This document shows positions 18,820-25,752 of a DNA stretch of 64,000 nt, in pieces. This DNA comes from Aquificaceae bacterium (lineage in GTDB: Bacteria > Aquificota > Aquificia > Aquificales > Aquificaceae), in the NCBI GenBank assembly GCA_037925075.1, contig JAXSNR010000002.1, positions 608,001 through 672,000 on the forward strand, in the 5' to 3' direction. Numbering within the stretch: position 1 is the stretch's first letter; the number at the start of each line of letters is the position of its first letter. Position numbers and translations under genes: made by a program. The notes under the pieces were generated by a model, which made no database searches, was not told where the DNA came from, and saw only the letters and a program-made list of their open reading frames with translations.

Positions 18820-18965
18820 CTCATACCTCCTTTATACCTAAATATGCGACAAGCCTTTTACCCTTTGCGTGAAGAATAGGTTAAGCTTTGTATTGATAAA
18901 GGTCATAGGTCCAAGAGAAAAGGACAGTTTAAAATAAAAGCAAAACTCAAAAAGGAGGTGTTCTC

Positions 18966-19475
18966 ATGGCTCAGACTGTTAATCTTAAAGGCAACCCTGT
19001 TGCCCTTTGCGGACCTACTTTAAAGGTAGGAGATCCTGCCCCAGTGGCTTATGTGGTTACAAAGGACCTTCAGGAGATAGCCATAGGCGGTGCCGGTGAG
19101 AAGGTACAAGTAATAATCACCGTGCCCTCTTTGGACACTCCCGTGTGTGAAACGGAGACAAAGAAGTTTAACGAGCTTATGGCTGGTATGGATGGCGTAG
19201 CGGTATGTGTTATATCCATGGACCTGCCTTTTGCTCAGAAAAGGTTCTGCGAAAGCTTCAACATAGGCAATGTGGTGGTCGCCTCTGACTTCAGATACAG
19301 GGACATGGAAAAGTACGGAGTGCTTATATCTGAGGGAGCTCTCAAAGGTATCCTTGCCAGGGCTATCTTTGTAGTGGACAAACGGGGCAAGATTGCATAC
19401 ATACAGCTTGTGCCAGAAATCACCCAAGAACCCAATTACGAAGAGGTGGTCGCAAAGGTAAAGGAGCTTTTATAA
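18966..19475 (+). CDS. tpx: Thiol peroxidase (atypical 2-Cys peroxiredoxin)
   Basis: 'VPSLDTPVCE', 'SMDLPFAQKRFC', 'LARAIFVVD', 'EPNYE'. Confidence 0.96.
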   Translation: MAQTVNLKGNPVALCGPTLKVGDPAPVAYVVTKDLQEIAIGGAGEKVQVIITVPSLDTPVCETETKKFNELMAGMDGVAVCVISMDLPFAQKRFCESFNIGNVVVASDFRYRDMEKYGVLISEGALKGILARAIFVVDKRGKIAYIQLVPEITQEPNYEEVVAKVKELL

Positions 19476-19482
19476 GACCCTT

Positions 19483-19503
19483 GGGGGCTTTGCCCCCTTG
19501 TTT
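19483..19503 (+). terminator. Intrinsic terminator after tpx
   Basis: GGGGGC-TTT-GCCCCC then TTGTTT. Confidence 0.7.
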
Positions 19504-19529
19504 AGACTCTTGACATATATTAAAAAGGG

Positions 19530-20075
19530 ATGGAGGTTAAAACTAAGCTAAGTGCAAAAGAGCTTTTTGAAATCTATCCAGAGGAAAGCAGGGTGGAACT
19601 TATTGATGGGGAGGTGTATGAAATGCCCGCTCCAAATCCCATACATCAAAGGGTGCTATTTAGGCTTGCGAGAAAAACACAGGAATATATAGAGATAGCA
19701 GGCATACAAGGTGAAGTCTTTTTGTCTCCCATAGATGTGGTTTTATCCGAGGACACGGTTTTACAACCGGATATAGTTTATGTCTCCGACCTTTCAAAGG
19801 TAAGGGACAAGATAGACGGTGCTCCGGAACTTGTGGTGGAAGTGGTATCGCCTTCAACTTTAAAGAGGGACATATCAGATAAGATGAGGGTTTATCAGGA
19901 TTACGGGGTAAAAGAATACTGGCTTGTTTTTCCCTTAGAGAAAACTATTGTGATCTATGAATTTACACAAAAGGGCTATGAGGCATTCTCCTTCGCTACA
20001 GAAAAGGGAAAAATAAAGTCCAAAGTGCTTGAAGGTTTTGAGATTGAAGTTGATGAAGTTTTCGGGGGCATATGA
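19530..20075 (+). CDS. Uma2/DUF820 family PD-(D/E)XK-like protein
   Basis: 'ELIDGEVYEMPAP..H', 'QPDI', 'PELVVEVVSPST', 'YGVKEYWLV'. Confidence 0.9.
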   Translation: MEVKTKLSAKELFEIYPEESRVELIDGEVYEMPAPNPIHQRVLFRLARKTQEYIEIAGIQGEVFLSPIDVVLSEDTVLQPDIVYVSDLSKVRDKIDGAPELVVEVVSPSTLKRDISDKMRVYQDYGVKEYWLVFPLEKTIVIYEFTQKGYEAFSFATEKGKIKSKVLEGFEIEVDEVFGGI

Positions 20076-20610
20076 TGGAGGTTAAAACCAAGCTAAGTGC
20101 AAAAGAGCTTTTTGAAATCTATCCAGAGGAAAGTAGAGTGGAGCTTATTGATGGTGAGGTGTATGAAATGCCGGCTCCAAGTTTGTTGCATCAAGAGGTG
20201 CTTATGCGTATTGCTTTTGCACTTAGGAACTTTGTTAAAGAAAAGGGTATAGGGAACGTTTATCTCCCGTTGATGTGGTTTTTTCCGAAGATGTTGTCCT
20301 ACAGCCAGACATTGTTTGGGTTAGAGATTTTTCAATCTTTGAGCGACACATAAGCAAAGTGCCTGACCTTGTAGTGGAAGTGGTATCACCATCAACCTTG
20401 AAAAGGGACATGGTGGATAAAATGAAGGTCTATCAAGAGTATGGGGTAAAAGAGTACTGGCTTGTTTTTCCTTTGGAAAAGGCTATTGTGGTTTATGAAC
20501 TTACAACAAAAGGCTATGAGGTCTTTTCCTTTGCAACAGAAAAGGGTAAGGTAAAATCCAAAGTCCTTGAAGGTTTTGAGGTTGAAGTTAGTGAGATTTT
20601 TATCTTATAA
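20072..20610 (+). pseudogene. Second Uma2 paralog, frameshifted near 20261
   Basis: N-terminal half (20072-) and C-terminal half (-20610) are in different frames. The join 'GTT TA TCT CCC GTT GAT' aligns to VFLSPID of copy 1. Confidence 0.85.
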
Positions 20611-20631
20611 TAAAAGGGAGGAGGTTTTATC

Positions 20632-20844
20632 GTGGAAAGGGAAAGGCTTTTTTCAAAAAGGCTTAACGCTGGGAAAAGAACCTATTTCTTTGATGTGAAA
20701 AAGGGAAGGGATGGTTCAGCCTATGTTGTAATTACGGAGCAAACTGAGGATAGGAAAAGTAGGCTTATGGTTTTTGAAGACCGGGCGGGCGAATTTATGG
20801 CGGTTCTCAAAGAAGTAGTGGATAAGATGAAAGAAGTTAAGTAG
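20632..20844 (+). CDS. Bacterial PUR-domain (DUF3276) nucleic-acid-binding protein
   Basis: 'FSKRL.AGKRTYFFDVK......Y..ITE' signature. SD GGAGG with GTG start. Confidence 0.82.
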   Translation: MERERLFSKRLNAGKRTYFFDVKKGRDGSAYVVITEQTEDRKSRLMVFEDRAGEFMAVLKEVVDKMKEVK

Positions 20845-20869
20845 TATAGATTTTCAGGAGGTGGGAGTG

Positions 20870-21109
20870 ATGAGAAGGTTTATCCTTCTTATACCACTCA
20901 TTAGCTTTGCCATTGAGGAGTGCAAGCCTTCCGTAAGCCTTGAACAGGCTATAAACAATGCCAAACAATATGTGGGCTCCGTGCAATCTGCTCAGCTTTC
21001 TCAAAATAAGAAAACGGGTGAATGTTTTTACAGGGTTAGAGGTGCTGAGGGTACCGCAATGATTGACGCAAAGGATGGAAAGCTTTTGAGGTTTTACAGA
21101 AAAAGGTAG
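20870..21109 (+). CDS. Small exported PepSY-domain protein
   Basis: Signal peptide, 'VSLEQAI..A', 'Y.V', 'IDAKDGKLL'. Confidence 0.72.
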   Translation: MRRFILLIPLISFAIEECKPSVSLEQAINNAKQYVGSVQSAQLSQNKKTGECFYRVRGAEGTAMIDAKDGKLLRFYRKR

Positions 21110-21110
21110 C

Positions 21111-21641
21111 TTACTTTGAGGGTCTAAAGGCTTTTACTTTGCTTTCGTCGGTGGTTATGTAGGGGCCACCTATAAGGTCTATACAATAGGGAACTGCAGG
21201 AAAAACCGCATCAAGGCAAACCTTTATGGATTGTGGCTTTCCGGGAAGGTTTATTATAAGGGTTTTGTTTCTTATACCCGCGGTCTGGCGGGACAGTATG
21301 GCTGTGGGTACTTGCCTTAGAGATACCGCTCTCATAAGCTCACCAAAGCCCGGAAGCATCTTTTGGCATACCGCCTCGGTAGCCTCTGGGGTCACATCTC
21401 TTGGTGCAGGTCCTGTGCCACCTGTGGTAAGGATAAGACAACAACCTTCCACATCCGCCATGTGTATGAGGGCACCTTCTATAAGGTCTCTTTCATCGGG
21501 GACTATACGATACACCACCTCAAAAGGTGAGGTCATAACCTCGTTTAAGTAATCTATTATGTATTTACCGCTTATGTCTTCGTATTCTCCTCTGCTTGCC
21601 CTGTCAGAGATGGTCAAGACGCCTACCTTCGCCTTTTCCAT
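21111..21641 (-). CDS. mog: Molybdopterin adenylyltransferase
   Basis: 'SDRASRGEYEDISG', 'TTGGTGPAPRDVTPEAT', 'NLPGKP'. Confidence 0.96.
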   Translation of the reverse strand: MEKAKVGVLTISDRASRGEYEDISGKYIIDYLNEVMTSPFEVVYRIVPDERDLIEGALIHMADVEGCCLILTTGGTGPAPRDVTPEATEAVCQKMLPGFGELMRAVSLRQVPTAILSRQTAGIRNKTLIINLPGKPQSIKVCLDAVFPAVPYCIDLIGGPYITTDESKVKAFRPSK

Positions 21642-21660
21642 GGGATTAACATTATAAAAT

Positions 21661-22024
21661 ATGGAACAAAGACCAAGATGGGTATATAGACTTCAAAACT
21701 ACAAGAAGGCTCTGGCTCAACTTCGCCTTGCGGTGGAGCTACACAAGGAGAAGGGTTTAAGCGACCTTGAAGAGCAAGGTCTTATTCAGGCTTTTGAGTA
21801 TGTGTTTGAGCTTGGTTGGAACCTTTTGAGAGATTACCTTATCTATCAAGGACACACAGACATAAAGGGTTCAAGGGATGCCATAAGGTTGGCTTTTAAA
21901 TACGGCCAATCAAGAGCTTGCGGAACAGGTGGTGGAAAGGGTGGTAAGGGAGTACCTTTTGGAGTTTGAAGGGCTGTTGCTAACCTTTGAAAAGATAGAA
22001 GAGGAGTACAAGGATGTCTCTTGA
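21661..22024 (+). pseudogene. HEPN (HI0074/HepT-like) toxin gene with internal deletion and frameshift
   Basis: 'GLIQAFEYVFELGW..L.DYL..QG..GSRDAIRLAFKYG' then a frame switch at ~21907 to 'NQELAEQVVERVVREYLLEFE...' ending at TGA 22022-22024. The RNxxSHxY segment is absent. Confidence 0.8.
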
Positions 22025-22289
22025 CCAAAGGGTAATAAGCCTTTTGAAGGAAGTGTTTGAGAGGTATCCTGAAGTTAAAAAGGTATACCTTTTTGGCTCA
22101 AGGGCAAAGGGGAATGCTAAAAAGGGTTCGGACATAGACCTTTTTCTTGTGGCTCCAGACATGAGCTTTGAAAGATACTTAAGCCTCTATGCGGAGCTTG
22201 AGGACTTGGACATACCTTATAAGATAGACCTTGTAAAGGATTGGCAAATGCCCGAGGAGGCGGTGGAGATATACTCAAGGGAACCTTGA
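22014..22289 (+). CDS. Minimal nucleotidyltransferase (MNT/MntA-like antitoxin)
   Basis: 'VYLFGSRAKG....GSDIDL' GS-x10-DxD motif, 'IDLV'. Confidence 0.88.
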   Translation: MSLDQRVISLLKEVFERYPEVKKVYLFGSRAKGNAKKGSDIDLFLVAPDMSFERYLSLYAELEDLDIPYKIDLVKDWQMPEEAVEIYSREP

Positions 22290-22314
22290 CAGGTGATACT
22301 GTGAATGTTAAAAT
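22286..22314 (+). promoter_or_regulatory. Near-consensus sigma70 promoter of the leader-peptide/metal-uptake operon
   Basis: TTGACA (22286-22291), 17-nt spacer, TGn-TAAAAT (22309-22314). ATG 10 nt downstream, no SD. Confidence 0.8.
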
Positions 22315-22324
22315 CACTTTCAAT

Positions 22325-22591
22325 ATGAAGCTTGTGGTCTCCCTTTTAAGCACTCTGCTTTTGCTCTTTGTGGATTTTGCCATTGCGGAGCACCATCACG
22401 AAGACCACAGGCTTCATGTGGATTGTTCCGTATGTATAGTCCAGCATACCCAAATAGATACACAAAGCTATGAGCCTGCGATACAGATAAGGTTTATAGT
22501 CCTTTTTACAGAAATAAAAGAATCTCCTCAAGAGCCAACCTTTAAACCTCTTCTAAAAAGCATACAAGGGCGGGCACCTCCCTTAGCTTAA
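22325..22591 (+). CDS. DUF2946/CruR/CutF-like secreted leader peptide with His cluster, CxxC and C-terminal RAPP arrest motif (88 aa)
   Basis: Signal peptide MKLVV...AIA, EHHHEDHRLH, CSVC, spacer, GRAPPLA-stop. Confidence 0.8.
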   Translation: MKLVVSLLSTLLLLFVDFAIAEHHHEDHRLHVDCSVCIVQHTQIDTQSYEPAIQIRFIVLFTEIKESPQEPTFKPLLKSIQGRAPPLA

Positions 22592-22636
22592 GTTTTCCCA
22601 CCGACCCTTACATCACCAAAAAAGGAGGTGCTTGCC
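22569..22636 (+). promoter_or_regulatory. Anti-SD:SD helix coupling the RAPP codons to the next gene's RBS
   Basis: GGCGGGCACCTCC (22569-22581) pairs with GGAGGTGCTTGCC (22624-22636): 13 contiguous pairs, 2 of them G-U. Confidence 0.75.
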
Positions 22637-22975
22637 ATGAAGGTTTTATACATATTTAGCACACCAAACAGTGCCAGCTACATACTTGGAAGAATGATAC
22701 TACCTCAGCTTGAAAACGACGCCCACCCGGTGGAGGTGGTGGGTATGTTTTTCTTGCTTGACAATAACTATGTGCTTGTAAGGGACAATCCCATTGGGGT
22801 AAGGCTTTCAAAACTCTTGAAGGAGGGCAAAATGGGCTTCCTTACGGGATGCGACCAGTGTTGTTATGAGAGAAACATAGCGGACAAGCTTGTAGAAGGT
22901 GCCACCATTGGATGCTTTCCAAACCTATACGGAAAAGCCCAACAGCTTGGCGTACAGCAGGTAATAACACTATAG
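22637..22975 (+). CDS. DsrE-related protein (SaoD-like)
   Basis: 'MKVLYIF', 'MILPQLE..H..EVVGMFF..DN', 'CDQC..ER', 'IGCFPNLY', 'QVITL'. Family recalled from motifs, not searched. Confidence 0.72.
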   Translation: MKVLYIFSTPNSASYILGRMILPQLENDAHPVEVVGMFFLLDNNYVLVRDNPIGVRLSKLLKEGKMGFLTGCDQCCYERNIADKLVEGATIGCFPNLYGKAQQLGVQQVITL

Positions 22976-22987
22976 GGAGGTAGAAAC

Positions 22988-24403
22988 ATGAAAAAGGCTT
23001 TTATACTTCTTGGAGGTATATTTAGCTTTGCCTTTGCACAGGAAAGCCTTGAAAGTCTAAAACGCCAGCTTGAGGAACAAAGGAAGCTCATACAGGAGCT
23101 TGAAAAAAAGATTCAGGCTATGGAAAAGTCCCAACAGGCAAAACCAGAAGAAAAACCACAGCCAGCGGACAGAAGCCTTCAACTGAGGGCAAAGTTTGAC
23201 GAAAGGCTAAGGGCTTACCAGATCTCACCCTTCAGGCAAACCGCCTTCCTTCCCGATATATCTTTCATAATGGACTTTTCCGCAGTTGCAAGGAACAGAA
23301 AGGACGAGGAATACAAAGAGCTTGAAATTCCCAGACTTTGGCACAGGGACGAACACAAAGACCACGGACACGGTATTCTCAACGAAAAGCGGGGCTTTAA
23401 CCTCAACTACGGAGAGCTTTACCTTTATGCACCGGTAGACCCATACTTTGACCTTTATGCGACCATACCCTTCTCAGAGGAAGGTGCCAAGATAGAAGAA
23501 GCTTACGCGGTCACAAGAGGTCTTCCCGGAGGCTTCCAGCTAAAGGTGGGCAAATTTAGAAGTGGCTTTGGAAGGCTAAACGTACAGCATCCGCACGCAT
23601 GGGATTTTAGCAACGCACCACTACCCAACAAGGTTTTCTTTGGTGATGATGGTCTTACGGAAAAGGGCATAGGCGTAAGCTGGCTTGCACCCACACCCTT
23701 TTATCTTCTCCTTGGTATGGAAGTGCTTCAGGGAGAAAATGAACAGAGCTATGGATATAAGGGCTTTACCATAACTGACCCCAACGACCCAAACAACACC
23801 TTTGAACTTGGGGACAAGCCAGTGCCAAACCTTTATTTGGGTTATGTGAAAACCTCCTTTGATGTGGGAAAGCTTTCACTTCTTACGGGACTTTCTTACG
23901 CCCAAGGGAAACACAGGCACTCTCACGAAGACAGCGGATTGGACGCCAAGACTAAGCTTTATGGCCTTGACCTTACCGCAAGGTATCAGATAGACAGCGT
24001 AAGGTATGTGGCATTTCAGGGGGAGTACATGTACAGGGACCAAAAGGGCACAGAGTATAGCTTTGACAACGCAGGCAATCTGACCACAGAAAAGGTTAGC
24101 AAAAAGCAAGCGGGCTTTTATGCTCAACTGGTTGCCAGATTCCACAAGCAGTGGAGGGCTGGAGTTAGGTACGAGCTTATAAACAAGAACGATGTAAAGG
24201 TGGGTGCCAACCCCGTATGGGCACCGGACAACCTTCCCGCCTACTACGCCATGCTTGAATACACTCCCACTGAGTTTTCTCGTATAAGGCTTCAGGTGGG
24301 TGAAAACAGGGCTTTTTATCAAGGACAAACCAGAAAACCAGTTAAGGAAGTCATACTTCAGTTCAACTTTGCCATAGGAGCTCACGGTGCCCATCCCTTC
24401 TGA
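22988..24403 (+). CDS. Outer-membrane beta-barrel of metal-uptake clusters (N-terminal coiled coil, His-rich loops)
   Basis: Signal peptide, coiled coil, 'PDIS', 'VDPYF', 'IEEAY', 'FGRLNVQHPHAWDF', 'EFSRIRLQ', C-terminal GAHGAHPF. Confidence 0.8.
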   Translation: MKKAFILLGGIFSFAFAQESLESLKRQLEEQRKLIQELEKKIQAMEKSQQAKPEEKPQPADRSLQLRAKFDERLRAYQISPFRQTAFLPDISFIMDFSAVARNRKDEEYKELEIPRLWHRDEHKDHGHGILNEKRGFNLNYGELYLYAPVDPYFDLYATIPFSEEGAKIEEAYAVTRGLPGGFQLKVGKFRSGFGRLNVQHPHAWDFSNAPLPNKVFFGDDGLTEKGIGVSWLAPTPFYLLLGMEVLQGENEQSYGYKGFTITDPNDPNNTFELGDKPVPNLYLGYVKTSFDVGKLSLLTGLSYAQGKHRHSHEDSGLDAKTKLYGLDLTARYQIDSVRYVAFQGEYMYRDQKGTEYSFDNAGNLTTEKVSKKQAGFYAQLVARFHKQWRAGVRYELINKNDVKVGANPVWAPDNLPAYYAMLEYTPTEFSRIRLQVGENRAFYQGQTRKPVKEVILQFNFAIGAHGAHPF

Positions 24404-24410
24404 GAATTTT

Positions 24411-24436
24411 TGGGGGCTTTTGCCCCCATGCTTTTT
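24411..24436 (+). terminator. Intrinsic terminator after OM barrel gene
   Basis: TGGGGGC-TTTT-GCCCCCA then TGCTTTTT. Confidence 0.65.
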
Positions 24437-24584
24437 GATCAGCGTTGGAAGACTTTGCGATGAGTGCGCCAAAATTCTTTATTTAGACACCGCCATGCTT
24501 TACCCTTATTTCGCCGGCTCGTGCAACTTATATTCTGGTTTTACCAGACACTTTCCTTCTCTGTGTATGAATCTCAAGCCAACA

Positions 24585-24667
24585 CCTCCTAATCTACTCC
24601 AATACAAAGCCACCCTTTCCCATGGGTGTTTCCCTTTGTACCCTCATATTGGATGATTACAAGGAGG
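24585..24667 (+). promoter_or_regulatory. Long nested hairpin sequestering the SD of the Cys-rich microprotein gene
   Basis: Nested pairs CCTCCT:AGGAGG, AATC:GATT, TCCAATA:TATTGGA, CAAAG:CTTTG, CACCC:GGGTG. Confidence 0.55.
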
Positions 24668-24676
24668 CAACAAACC

Positions 24677-24871
24677 ATGTTTAAAAGAGCCTTTGTCAAA
24701 ACCTTACCTCTTATGCCTTCTTTTGGTGCCTTTGGCTACATGTCCTCCTGTGCATGTGGGCAATGCCCTGCGTGTGTTGGCTCTTCCGCGGTGGTGGTGG
24801 GTATGGCAGTTTATTTAGGTACCAAAAGGCTTTTAAGCTTCAAAATAAGCAACAGGAGGTGTAAGCCATGA
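24677..24871 (+). CDS. Cys-rich membrane microprotein (64 aa, CxCxxCxxC)
   Basis: SD AAGGAGG, motif CACGQCPAC followed by a hydrophobic stretch, ATGA overlap with the SBP gene. Confidence 0.65.
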   Translation: MFKRAFVKTLPLMPSFGAFGYMSSCACGQCPACVGSSAVVVGMAVYLGTKRLLSFKISNRRCKP

Positions 24872-25752
24872 AAAGCCTTTTAGTTTTGTTTTTTCTTGGT
24901 CTTTCCTTTGCCTTTGGCCAGTTTAAAGTGGTTGCCACTTACTCGTGGATAGGTGAGCTGGTAAAGGAGATTGGTAAAGATAGAGTAAAAGTTTATACCG
25001 TAGCCCGCCCCGATGAGGACTTTCACTTTGTGGTGCCAAGACCTTCCCACATAGCCAAGTTAAGGGATGCGGACCTTGTGATCATAAACGGTGCAAGCTT
25101 AGAGATTGGCTTTTTGCCCCCACTACTTCAGCAATCCAACAACCCAAGGGTTCAGCCGGGAAAGGATGGCTTTTTGGACCTGTCTCAGTTTGTCCAGATA
25201 ACAGAAAAGCCCGAGAGGGTTTCAAGGGAAATGGGAGATGTACACCCAGAAGGAAACCCTCACTACATCTTTGACCCTCACCACATGCCCATACTCGCAA
25301 GGGCAATTACAGAGAAGATGTGTCAGTTGGACCAAAGGGACTGTTCTTATTATAGGTCCAACTTGGAGGATTTTCTAAAAAGATGGGATGGAAAGCTAAG
25401 GGAATGGGACAGGGAATTTTCCAAGCTGAAAGGCTTAAAGGTTATACAGTGGCACAAAACTTATAACTACCTTTTTGACCGCTATCAGATACAAAGGGCA
25501 GGCATGATGGAGCCTTTGCCCGGCGTACCACCCACCGCAAGGCATATAAACAGTTTGATAGAAAACTCAAAAAATAAAGGCGTCCAGTATGTTATCCTTG
25601 AGGGCTTTAGAAAAGGTGAAATAAGGACCGCCCAAAGGGTGGCGGAGGGAATAGGTGCAAAGGTGGTAATCCTTCCAAGTGATGTGGGGTCAGAGGGTTC
25701 AAGGAGTCTTTTTGATATGTATGAGATTATTCTCAAAAGGCTTTCACCATGA
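24868..25752 (+). CDS. Zn/Mn-type (cluster A-I, TroA/ZnuA-like) ABC substrate-binding protein
   Basis: 'EDFHFV.PRPS', 'NGASLE', 'GDVHPEGNPHY', 'WHK.YNY', 'EPLPGVPPT'. Confidence 0.9.
   Translation: MKSLLVLFFLGLSFAFGQFKVVATYSWIGELVKEIGKDRVKVYTVARPDEDFHFVVPRPSHIAKLRDADLVIINGASLEIGFLPPLLQQSNNPRVQPGKDGFLDLSQFVQITEKPERVSREMGDVHPEGNPHYIFDPHHMPILARAITEKMCQLDQRDCSYYRSNLEDFLKRWDGKLREWDREFSKLKGLKVIQWHKTYNYLFDRYQIQRAGMMEPLPGVPPTARHINSLIENSKNKGVQYVILEGFRKGEIRTAQRVAEGIGAKVVILPSDVGSEGSRSLFDMYEIILKRLSP

Noticed and set aside
22637..24871. Selenocysteine read-through in the SaoD-like or Cys-rich genes
   Set aside because: No in-frame TGA at Cys-equivalent positions. The ORFs end at normal gene boundaries.
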